From positions 619,872 through 683,871 of the forward strand of contig MNCI01000721.1 of NCBI GenBank assembly GCA_015680685.1: 64,000 bases of DNA, read 5' to 3'. Every line of letters begins with the position of its first letter. The first letter of the stretch is position 1. The position numbers and the translations under genes were made by a program. Positions 48,963 to 62,090 of this stretch are shown in pieces. The notes under the pieces are model-generated. The model worked only from the letters and a program-made list of their open reading frames with translations, was not told the DNA's origin and ran no database searches. Origin of the DNA: Gnetum montanum. Taxonomy: Eukaryota > Plantae > Gnetophyta.

Positions 48963-51203
48963 ATAATCCATCTGGTACCTTATACCTATCTACTCAAAAC
49001 TCCAATAAGATTAGTGTACATGTGTTTTATAAAACATAATATAACATAATTCAAAATTAGAGAACAATAATAGAAACAAAGAAAATAATAAAATTAATAA
49101 ATATGATAGAAAAAAATAACATAAGGAAAGCACACCAAAAGGTTCAAGGTAATAATATAATAGGCTAAGGACAACATAGCAAGGATTGAAGTATATCTAC
49201 ATACTAATAAATGAAAGGAGTTATAAAGGTAGTGTGTTATATTGTTCTTTTCAGAAGGTACCAAGGAAGATTAATATAAAACTATGAAATAATAATTATA
49301 AAAAATAAATAATAATAAAATAACATAAAAATTAAGGCTTGACACTTTAGAAAGTCTTACTTCCTTTATGATATATTAAATAAAGTCTAAATGTAATACA
49401 ACAACAAGATTGAGACTTATTAATAAAAAAACATTAATTGAAAAGTCTTCAATGAAGGGAAAAATATATTGACAAAACATAGGTCTCAAGTTTTATCTCA
49501 CCTAATAAAATGCCAACTATAAAAATAGTCTTAAACTTGTCTAATTACTAAGGTAAGAAAAAATTAGTGGTGTAATAGTATGAAAACTTGAGGTAAATTG
49601 AAGCTTTCTTTATCTTTGTGATCTCTTTGAGTATTTTTATATTGAAGGTCCTTTAACTTTTAGCCATTTTTCTCATTTCGTCCATTCTATCAAGCATGAT
49701 TATCTTGTGAGTTAAACCTCTCATGGTTCTTTCAAGTAATTTTCATAATCAATTCTCTTAAGTTATTTCTCTCAAAATATCATATAATCATCTTACAATT
49801 CTCTCATGAATTTTCCAAAGAATTGAAGAATCTCTCTCATTTGGATCTCTCAATTTAAGTCTTTCATTTTCTTAAAGAGAAAGGAGGCTTCAAGCATAAG
49901 GAGAGCAAAGAGATTTGAGTACCTAATTTATTAGAAGGACCAAAATGTTTATGATGTTGTGTGAGATCATGAAATTCAATTAGCTAACTGGGGTATTACC
50001 ATGACTGACAAACTTTTGTTCACTTTTTAAAGGATCTAAGAATTGGTATAGAAAAGCAACCATTCCAATTTGTATTGTCCTTATAAATCATAGGAAGTCA
50101 ATGGCTCATGTTTGAAGTCATTTTGGACTATTTTATAAATTTTTGCTATATTAGGTATGCAATTCTAGCTAAGTATGACTTGTAGCTAGTTGTAGTGAGG
50201 GGCTGCAAGTTGAGTGCAACCTAAAACATTTTGCATGAAACTTAAAACTAATTTTTTATAATTTTCTATGCTAGATTTGGAATTATAAGGATCATGCAAC
50301 TCATAAAAAGTTATAGTAATAGAAAAGATGTGTCTCATAGTTACTAATATTAAGAATGGATGGCTCTCAAGAAATTTGAGCTTTAGACTGAACTATAAGT
50401 TATGAATGATAAGAGTTTTCTATTCTTAATCATAAAAATCATACAAGCATTATGTGCAACCTAATCATAATCCATGAATGGGTTAATGCAATTTCTAGAG
50501 ACTTAAGGCATGATTGTTGATCATTGTCTTCTCACTTAAGTTAGTTATGGTCAACACGTATGATGTAACTTAGAGCAAGGTAAATGATATGATATTATTT
50601 AACATAAAGAAAGTAAAAGTAAAAATTGTAAATTAAATATTTAACCTTACAAAAAAATGGAATTAAATATTAAACTATCCTATTGATGATAAGTATCCAA
50701 TCCTAGCTTGCCATACATGTCTTGGACTAATATAACTACTAGTAGGATTATCAAACAACTTGCTACTAGGTAAACTAAACAATATTACTACTGGATTATA
50801 ATATGATTTTATGTTACACTCAAAACCAGTCATGCCTATTCTGTTGAGTTACTAATAAATGATGGAAATGTAAATGAGATTTAGAATATAAATGACATTA
50901 GTCATGTTATTGACAATGTAAAGTAAATTACAACTAAAATATAAATTCTAAACAAAGTGAAATGCTGCAATAATAAAAAATGATATTGATTTTTATTTCT
51001 AACCATGAAATGTATCTATATTTATCTTAGTTAAATAAATATTTTCTAAAATTACTTCAAACTGCAATACAAGCACTCATGCACTAAATCTAAATTCATG
51101 AAATAAAAATATAAGATTCTAGATAATATGTGAACCAAAAGGTACATTAAGTGCAATGGCTAGTTGATATCATAGGTTCAATTTCATACTCAACTTATTT
51201 AAT

Positions 51204-53400
51204 GGTCATCATACCCCCATGACTAACTAAAAGATCATAATCAAGTTAAAAAAACTAGGATGAAATTTTTTATAAAATTGTGAAGGTAATTCAATTAATT
51301 AACTTACAATCTAACTAACTAACTAACTAATTGAATTAACTTGAGTGTCATATTACATCATTTATGCAAGTTGACTACAAAGTGACAAAATCATAAAAAC
51401 ACCTAGATATTCATCAAAAAAATCTCAAAAATTCTATAAATCTTGGGGTGTATCTATGTTTCACTTATTTCTAGTTCCAACGACCTACCCCTCCTAGCCT
51501 CCACCCCCCAAATCATAAAAATTTGAAAGATTTTTAGAAATTGATAATACAGGCCTTTAAGCCATTCCTAGAGATGGTGGATCTTCTTACATTACTTGCT
51601 ACTATTGTTGCTTGCCTATAGCTACTAGCCTCTTCATGTGAGAGTAGCTTAACATGGCTCTTAGTTTTTCTTCGTTAGTTCTGTGATCATTTATAATCCA
51701 TGCCAAATTAATATGATTTTAGTTTGTTAGTACTTTCAAAAGATAGAGTAATTATGAAAATAACATGTTTGCTTCAACATAACAAGCTACAAATTTATTT
51801 CATTCAACGTTAAATGCTTTGATTTACACTTACAAATCTTCATAATTTATAATTTATTTTTTTAAATTATTTTCCATGTTTCTCTAATTAGCATATTTTC
51901 CTTTTAAAACTTCTAGTTTTGCATTTATAATGTGCAATTTTTACTACATCTCATAGTGATGTTTCTGCTCATTCTTATACAATAAATACATGGTGGCTAG
52001 CTATTTATCAATCTCATTTCTTGATCTACCTACTATCAACATTGTCATGTTTGCATATCTAAGAATGACTAGTTTAAGATATTGAGTCATGTCCTTAATC
52101 TATAACTTTTTTATTATAATTTTGACTTAATTGATTATCACAATTTTGTCAAGGAAAGACTATCATACTAGTCTTTGCTAATTTTATTTCCTTTTCTTTA
52201 ATCTACTTCTAAATGCCAACTTGTTCACTAAAATGTTCTTTCTATTTTCATGTTTTTTTATCCTGTTTTTCATGTGCTAATCTCAACTATAGATTTTTGT
52301 TAGATTATGTAGGCTTCTTCCATTACAAGTTTCTATTTTTTAATTAATTTATTAATGTTCAAGATGACACTTACGAATTACTCTCAGAGATAATGAGGCT
52401 TTCCTATAATTGGTCATTCTCTCTTTTAACTTTTGTCAATCTTTAGTTTTCTACAATAATATTTTTATTTTGTTCTTTTAATGCAGCAATGAATTTTTAG
52501 TGTGCATATGAATTGGCATCCAGAATGATGTTAAGGTACTCATTTCTAAAATTGAAAATCTAGGTTTGAACTTATGTTTAACCACTTAAAGAGATTAGAC
52601 TTTTGCTCATCTATCAACCCTCCCAATATCTCACTTACGATGATGAGCAGTGTGACTCCAAGTAATGATCCTTTTTTTTATATCCTTTGGAATCTGCTTC
52701 TAATTTACTTCATATTACCTGTTCTCTCTCTATTTCCAATTGATATTTTTTAGCCATAATATGACTAACTTGTTCTATTCTGAATTGTTCAAATAGCTAT
52801 GGTACAATGTGCCTTGCGAGGTCCTGAAGTTGGATTTTGAGTTGAGTTAATTCATCTTGCATTCTTTGAATTTCTAACTTAACATGTTATAATCTAGATC
52901 TAAATTTACTAGCTTTAGTTTTATGGAGATAATTGTAGATTAGATGGTTATGATATCTTCAATTATGTCAAAAACATCCTTGATAGTTAGCCTTATCTCC
53001 ACTAGTCTCTCTAAAACATATGCATGTTAATTAATGCTCATTTTTTATTTTTCTTTTTCACTAGTACCAACTATTAATTGAATCTAGCATAGCCATGCGA
53101 AGTCCATTAATGGTGCTATTCATACATTAAGAGCTTTACTAATGTGATCAATATTAACTATAGATTCTTGTTCTTCTTCATGTTTCATGATCAAAATTAT
53201 CATCTTAGAAAGAGGACTTTCTCTAAAAGCAACTCAAGCTTGCCAGAATCCTAGGTTCTACTTTTGGCTTTAAGACTCATGCGATCTTACTAGTCTAGCC
53301 ATCTAAACATTGGATCACTGTGCACATACCATCAAACACTATCTTTTTTTATTTTTTAACATAAGTCCAAACTAAGTAAAGTACTTCTTCCAAACAAGGT
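51204..53400 (-). mobile_element. Second, older remnant of the Athila env-like ORF plus PPT and LTR start
   Basis: LRYANMTML..LATMY..KLHIINAKLEVLK against LRYTNLAML..VATTY..KLEVANSELEVVK; HISKALNV*IAPLMDF against HIKESFNVFVMPLVDF. TAGTCATGGGGGTA-TGATGA at 51206-51225 is identical to 43019-43038. Confidence 0.75.
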
Positions 53401-53599
53401 TCAAAGGTAGATCTTTTTATTTTGACCTTTTCATCCATGGATGAACTAGCACCATTGTCCACATTTCAATAATAGGACAATATACCCTATTTTCGTTGCA
53501 ATGGAAAAGATCTAAAATTTTCTTGGAAAATATTTTCAAGATGTTATCAAGACATCCCAATACTTTTTATTATTTAGAACCATCGAGTATGTCTAGAAT

Positions 53600-56500
53600 C
53601 AAGTTTCCTAGCCCAAATCCCTAAAAAAGTGGAGGATGGCTTGGGAAACTAGCTTTAAGATAGTCCTTTATCCACATCTTTCAATACAATCATTGTATCC
53701 CATCTATAGGAAGAATTAGCTACAATTGCCTTTTATAGACTTTCCTTCCTACCTCGAGAGATGGGACAAGTACCATTCTTTGGAAGCTTGTATTAGGGAA
53801 GCATGTCGAATGCCTTCAAAGATAAACATTGGCATGAGTCCTTGGGAAACATCTAAGTTCCCATAATCTTCATTTCCTACCATGCTAGGAACATATGTAT
53901 ACCAAATCAACTCATCTTAATTGCATTTATATCAAATTGAAGAGATCCTCATCATGAGGTTCATTCTCCAAAATGGATACACCAATAAACCTACATTGTA
54001 CATGTCAAGAAAGGTTACCAAGCAACTCAACCACATTATTTAATCACCACCTATTGTGGAAAGACATGCATTCATAGTTCTTAACCACATTTTATCCAAC
54101 ATCAAAGATCATTTCAAATACCAAAGAGCACACCATCAAAACTATCATAAGGGAGACTTACATTTCATCATAGTAACTTTGCTTTATCCTTTTATGATAC
54201 CCAACTCCTACAAATATGACATTTATGGTGGACAACGCTAAATCACTACCAATATAGTCCTTGTCTATGAATTAACAATTTTTAAAGTCATCATAAAAAA
54301 TTTACTCATAGGAGGACTATGTCCTCAAACATTTTTTAATTACATCAAACTAGCATAAACATCATCAAAATACAACCTACTATCCATCCCTAGAAGGTTT
54401 ACAATAGGGTAGGTTCACCAAAGAACCAAAGGAATGAGTTCCTTTGAAATAGCAAAATTGATAGAGAGTTCATTGGATCACACCTTGCTTAAATATGCAA
54501 GGGTATCAAGCCTACATCATCCACAAGACCTACAAAGGAAATCTAAGCATTCAAGCATGGTAATCCTACCCTATCTTGGAAATGAGTCCCAAGATTTTTG
54601 TCACTTGAAACCAATGTTTGGAATAGGTTCCAAATATAATCTGCATTTAGAACATACAAAGGAACAACTATCTAAACTTAACCAACACTATTTTGATAAC
54701 AACTGAAGAAACTATTGACAAAATGGAAAATAGGCCATACCATTATGCCAAAGAGTCAATTGTAATAAAGGGATATTTTCATCACCATCCCACATATAGA
54801 GATTGGCATACTTAAACAACCTACATTACGCCAAAGAGAAAAGGTGATACACAATAACCTAGAAATAAGCCAAAAGCTCCAAGTCGTGAGGGCCTAGGCT
54901 TAAGCATTTATCATACATGTAGAGGCTACCAAGTAAGGCCTCTCAAAGAAGCTAATGATTTGATAAACTATAACACCTTTTATGTAATGATGGACCATTA
55001 TTCCATGGCCTACAAGACTACCCCAAAAGATCATATCTAACTAAAGGAGAAGAAGCCTAGGAACCAATACCCAAGACTCACTACTACATCACAACTAGTT
55101 ATGATACCAATATCCAAGAATGAATCATTCAATCTATCATTGCAATACCCTAACCACAAGGAATCACCTACTATCATGGTCAAGCTCATTGTACAAATTA
55201 TTTGAAATTTTACTATCATTCATCATCATCATTCATGAACAAAAATTTTTGAAAATCATGGGATACTAAAGGAAGAGTCCAATAACTGATCATGCCCCCA
55301 AAATAGCCATAGTCAATACATAATTCTTTAAGGACATAACATCAAGACATGCTAAAATCACTACAAGATACAAAGCATTGATTCGAGAACACCACAGTCA
55401 AGAACATGTCATAGCCTCCATAATACAACACCATTTGAAAGGTAGCATTTTTCATAGAGCTTTGGGAAGCCTCATATTCGGAAATAAAGATCGGTTAGAA
55501 TGCATAGAAAAAGTGCTAACAAGAGAAACTAGCTATACAAGGAACATGGTACATTAAACTTGGCCTTGTCACAAGGTGTGGTACATGCCTACAATAAGGG
55601 AATAACATGATCCATAAGGACACCAAACATTTAGAACTCCATGGTGCATGAACTATTAATAAAAAAAATAGATTACAATATTGCATACATGGAAGTATGG
55701 ATACATTTGGTAAGCATAACACATAACATATGAGAATGCTACCTTGACCTATTTAACTAGAGGACAAACTACCCGAGCCCATCTTGAGGTGAATATTTTT
55801 GACCACTAGAAGTAATACCAAAGCTCATTCTGATTTAAAAACCTATCTCTATAGGCATACAGCCAACTGAAGCACTACATTCATAGGAAGTATACCATTA
55901 GAACTAACAGAATGGAACATAAACACAATAATCAAACAATGTAAAAATGCCATCTAAAGACCCATCACCTACCATAGTGGGACCTCAAGGCATTGGCCAC
56001 TATTGGGACATCAGTATTTGGCATGACCAAAAATACTTTTCCATGCCTTTTACTTACCTAAATATATGAAGGGATCTAGAACAAACCACCATCCTTTGGT
56101 AGTGCCCATCCTAAGCACTAAGAGGTAAACAAATCATGATGTACCAACTATTTCATCATAGCAATGGTACTAATAAATCCACAACCCAATGTTAGGATTT
56201 TAATACCACGTAATCAATTCTTTCAGATCTCAAGAGCACTTATCTACCCCAAAGATACGGTGCTCATAGAATTAACTAAGGTCCCCATTATTTTCATCTT
56301 TGTACCTATGCTGCCTACAAGGTAGAGATAGTAGCTTAGATGAAACAAGTTAGCAGGAATCATATACAACACACCAACCATCAAATGCAATCATTAAGCA
56401 TGATAAAAACAATAGAGATACAACAATCCCAAAATGCCACAAAAAGCATAATGTCAACTACATTGATAGAGATCATCATGCAAAACTACATGAGTAAATT

Positions 56501-58500
56501 AGATATACTCACATAAAATAAACAAACATGAGGCATACCAAAGAGGATGAACTAGAACACTTTCAAATTTTTAGAGTTTCACAAACACAAACTATACTCA
56601 GTCACTGACACCAACCTCCAACCAAGACCAAGGCATTAACAAATCAACAAGAGGGCATAGGCACCAAAATTCATAGCCTCATCCAAAAAGATATAGAGGA
56701 AGACCAAGTTTTACCTAACAATAGGTCTAATCAACAAGAGATTTGAATTCATACTACCAAAAGAAACATCAAAGAGGATGCATCCACTAAAGAAGGAACC
56801 AAAATTCATAGCCTCATCCAAAAACATATAGAGGAAAACCAAGTTTTAACTAACAACAGGTCTTAACAACAAGAGATTTGAATTCACACTTCCAAAAGCA
56901 ACATCAAAGAGGATGCATCCTCTAAAGAAGACACTCAACAAGAGAGGTGAGGTCTTAACATGAATCAAAATTAGGAATGACCTACCATAAGAGGTCTTCA
57001 AATCAAAACCTTAAGATATGTCAATAATTGAAGAAGTGATGCCACAAAGCCTAAGAAAAATACAACCAAGCTAAAATATGGAATGTAACACCCAAAATAT
57101 TTATAACAAGGACAACTGAGCCTGAAGCATAAGAGGGCACTAAAATAAGGACCACAACAAAATTGTTCTTATACAGATATAGAAGTCATCATGATGCACC
57201 CTCATCTAAACCTAGCAACAAGACATATTCAAGCATAGAGAAAAAATCCTTGCAATAATAAGCGATAGATAAACGAAGAGGGATGTGTACAAGGTACTCA
57301 AAATGCAACCAAAGGAAGACATGCCAACAAAACTAGACAAACATACAATCACAAACATGAGCATACATAGTCTACCAATGATGATCCTTATCTATCTAAA
57401 ACAAGCCTCACCAAGAGCACATGTTAGAAAGCCCTCCATCCCAAGGTACCTAGGTAAAATCATGGCCTAGTCTGTAATTCCCACACTTACTATATATAAG
57501 ATAAGTGGAGATGCAAAGATACCACATCCTACACATTCTAATCAATGTCATGTTGAAACATGTCATCTAGATGGAGACCAAAGTGGACACTAGGTCCAAT
57601 TCATCCTAGATAAACTACTAAAGACCAAAAATGAAAGCTCCCTAAGCAAACATTTATGAGTTTCCAATAGAACTTTCATTAACCAACAAAATCTTAGCTT
57701 GTTCAACCACTAAGAAAGTTTAGTAGAGGAAAGCACAATAATGCATCTATTCTCAATCATGTTAAAACCACAAATGTTGCTACCATTATAGTAATAGCTC
57801 TACCATGAAAATCTTATAGGGATCTTATCATAAGGACAACCCTTTAGTAGATACATGAGAATATGATCTTATATCACAATAATATATAACTCGAAGGATC
57901 ATAGATAAGGAACCTCAAGGGCATAGCATCCCAAAAGAATGTCACACTTGCCACAACATGTCTAAGGATAGCTCTAATACCATTTGTAACAATGTTGCCC
58001 CAATGCTGTCTAGCATCCTTAGGAATTTGCTTATATCCAATGGACTTGGGGTAGAAGACTAGCAGACTATGCCTCCAAGAAACCATCACTAACACTTCAA
58101 TAACTTAGAAAGAACTATGCAACAAATCAAAGTTGTATAGAGTAAGAGTATGCCTCTATGAAAACCTCTAAACTCCAAACAAGAACTAACAAATAAGTAC
58201 ACAAACAACCTTGTAAAGATCATCGATAGGAGACCAATGATGTATCTACAAGAGATGCCTCATCCTCAGACCGCTCATAAGTAGTTCTATACTAGGACTA
58301 TCTAATCCAAGCTACTTACATATCTATGACCACTATAGAATTAGGTCCCATGTATTCTATAATATGAGGGTAAGATAAGGAGAACTAAGAGGAAGTACTA
58401 CAAGATGAAGTCTTATTACTTTCCTAGTACCACCAAGATAGAATGGATATTCTAAGACTTAAGTACCATGCATGAACACCTCAAACTATTTCATATTCCT
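53600..58500 (-). mobile_element. Very old Ty3/Gypsy relic with tRNA-Met PBS (57971-57982) and 5' LTR from 57985 rightwards
   Basis: GTTACA-AA-TGGTATTAGAGC on the - strand. Faint protease-, RT-, RNase H- and integrase-like traces lie in gypsy order. Boundaries are uncertain. Confidence 0.45.
56663..56930. repeat. 135-bp tandem duplication
   Basis: ACCAAAATTCATAGCCTCATCCAAAAA...GCATCC(A/T)CTAAAGAAG at 56663 and 56798. Confidence 0.9.
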
Positions 58501-61500
58501 GAATCATTAGGAGAAACCAATGAAATCTTTACCTTGAGACCTCTATCATAATATTATTGACTTGTTGTTAAGCTTGAAGGATGGTGTTAAATATTTGATG
58601 TGTTCTAGTAAGCTTAACATGCTAATTTATGTTTATATGTACTTATACCATGAATTTAAGTATACACCATCATGATGTACAACTTCGTCTATGATGTTTT
58701 GTAGTATGCATCAAGTTAATTATGTTTGATCAAGTGTGTTATCTAATAATAATTATCATTATGTCTATTCATTCTTTGGACATGATGATTCTATTATAAC
58801 TATATAAGTTAATATTTTGGTTTAATAACTATACACAATAAAACACAACAATAATGTGTAATACAAATTACAACACAATATTCATATTATAATAGAGATG
58901 GTTATTTTATTCTTCTCTATTACTTGTTAGTTATGTTCTTATGTTCAACATGTATGACACTATGAACTTACTTTATGTTCACAGTGCATGTTTATTTCAA
59001 TCACAATAGTCATCAAGTTATTTCTATTATATTCTTATCCTAGTGATCAAGTTCATAAAAATTTAACATTTTTTTGGTCACTTTAATCTATTAGTTGACC
59101 ATTGGATCATTTTTGTGGATACATGCTATGTAATTTTAGAAAATAAATTATTAATTATTTATTTTGAGAATTTGTTCAAACTCTACCTCTTATGCCTATA
59201 AATACTTGGCAATGTTGGTTCTCTTGGCATGAATTATGCATCTCTCTCTTTCTTGCTTGTGCTTATGGTTATGGTTGATAGATCTCTTGGAGTTTTCTAG
59301 ATCTAAACCTATTCTTGATTGACCAAGCTTAGACCTCAGGTAATCTCTTGAGATAGAGGACATATTCTTAATTCCATTAATTTTGATGAGCAACTTATCC
59401 TTTGGTACCTACTTTCCCTTGTAATGGCTTTCATTGATGAACCAATCATATTATATGTGTGGTCGATCTAACCCTAGCTCTTGATGATCAATCTATAATT
59501 TGTTATTTTCAGTAACTTTCACACTATGCATCCTACTCATCTTTCTCCTACAACACCTTCTTCTACCACTAGTGCTAGCAATGACATCTCCATGCATCGC
59601 AACTTTTGTCGCAATGTAACTAAGGATCATGTTGAAACTTCTTCATGTTTTTTGAAATAGTGTAGCAATAGCAACATATAACAAAAATGACATCTTCATT
59701 CAACAATGACTATTGGAGATTTTGGAGATGTATGGACATGTTTGACATGTTGGAATCTAAGGACACTACATTTAGGCTATTGATATTATTTGGTCAATCA
59801 TATAGAATGACTTTGGATTTGGACCATTAATCTAGGAACATTGCATACAATATTAATAGGGATTATCATTGATGAATAGACTATTGATATTGGTTAATCA
59901 ACCATTTAGATTAAGTTGGTCTTCAACCTAGGAGCATTAAAGTATTAATAGGGTTTATTAACAACATGATTTACAACTAGGCAACTAGTACAAATATGAT
60001 TGGTTGATCATGCAAGTTGACTTTCAAGTTGGATCATTAACCTAGTGGTATTGTACCGAGTAATAGATCTTATATAGGATGGCAGTAAGAAGCTAGAACC
60101 TAAGATAACTATAGGGTTAATGCTAGTTATACTGTAACTCAATAGTTTGTTTGGACATGCATAAGGGTTCTATCTAATAGGTGTTCTTATCTTGCATAAC
60201 TAGGTGATGTAATACACTAAATCGTCCTTGATGGCTAGTTAAGTTAGTATCAACCTTACAATAACTCCAAACATCTAATGCTAGAAACCTCATGGGAATA
60301 CCATGGAAACCTAGGAAAAATCATGGGTTATTGATAGGCATCAATGGTAATGTTAATGGTATTAATTAATAGTTATGTTAATTAGTAATTGTTGTTAGTT
60401 CTGAGAGTGTGCTTTGGGGAATGAACCCAATCTTCCATCTTATCCTAGGTGGTACCAAGATGATTTCCTCTACTACGAAGATGTTCTAACCCTTCATGCA
60501 TGTGTTGCATGTAGATCTTAGTTAATAAGCCAAGATGAAGGTTGTTGGTAATGTTGTTGATGCTAGATTATAGTATGCTATGGGAGTGTTGGCTTATAAA
60601 GAAGCTTGGTAGACAATGATTCAAGTAGTGTTGTACTTTTAGAGCCATGTTATTGATTTGTAAAATGGTCATTATGGTTACTTATGTATCTCTTGTATTC
60701 TATACATTAAGGATTTGTATTTAAAATGTTGAAATAAGATTACATGTAATTTGGTTAAGTGATCTATCCTTTATGGGTTGTTCAAGTATGATTATTGGCT
60801 TATAATTTTAATACTTGGTGATTTAAGGTTACCCAATAATTAAATTTTAAGTTTTGCATATGAAATATATGAATTTATAAAAAATTTAATCCTTTTCCTT
60901 TAATAATTTTATAATTTATTTATGGTTAAATTCAAGGTGTAATAATTCTACTCTCAAATATCTATATGTATAAACAATCTCAAGTTTTTTATTATTTAGC
61001 TAGAAAGTATAATATCTCTTATTAGTTCCACAAATTAGTACTTCTGTTTTGTTAATGTTTAGCTTCATTTTTTTCTATTCATATAATTTTTTTAGTTAAT
61101 GTAACATTTCTTTTTCTATTTTTGAATTTGCAATTAGTGCTCATCATCTATAAAGATTATAAGTAGTTTCTATGACTGATCCACTTTAATGGCATAATTT
61201 GTAAGTACCTCTTTAATCTAATCTTCTACTTCATGAATAAAAATGTCAAACTTGGTAAAAGAAGATAGCCTTACTTTACTCCTATAGTACTTTAAAATTA
61301 ACAAGATTGTGTAGTTTCTCGAATTTTTAATTCAAAATTTTTCTTTGTATAGATTTTGAATGGCATTAAGTAAACTAGAATCAACTTTATGTTTTAAAAG
61401 CCTACTCCATAATTCTTCTCTCATATTAAAGTCAAATGATGATTATAAACAATACTATATAGACCTGAATACTCTTTAACAATGATATGAATGATAATAA

Positions 61501-62090
61501 AAATAAAGCTCTTGCATTGTAATATCTTTAAAATATAACACCAATTTTTAAAAAGATAGTAAGAAAGGTATACAAAGTAATAAACTTTAACGAGATCCTT
61601 ACTCTAATAGCTAGTTGTAAAAGATGCGTACAAAGGAAAAACTCTCTCAAAGAGCAAAAGCATTAAGCATCCAGTAAACACAAGATGGTGCATAAATATG
61701 TACTTCAATCTTAGATTCAAAATGTTTTTATAACCCAAAAGTTATCTTAAATATATCCACAAGTAGTTATGCTTGACTTAACATTTAGGAATGTGATGTC
61801 ATAATGCTTATATCTTAAGAGAAGTAATTACCATAAGCATTATATAAATTTAACCAAAGTACATGCTAAAACTGAAATACATATCAAAGTACTTAAAGCT
61901 AAAATTTCATAATCATAAATCAAGCTCATAATTAAATCTCATAACATGACCAATCCATAATCTCAAAAAGAGTTGATAATATCCATCAATACATAAGTTC
62001 AAATATATCATACTCATCATAATATAAATCTCAAAGGAAACTAAATCTTGAAATAAGAAAGAAATTCCATCACTCATGTTCCATCATAGT

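Noticed and set aside
58500-62090. Further LTR-like debris (also 46.2-48.4 kb and 49-51 kb)
   Set aside because: Composition suggests decayed TEs, but no boundaries or protein motifs could be supported.
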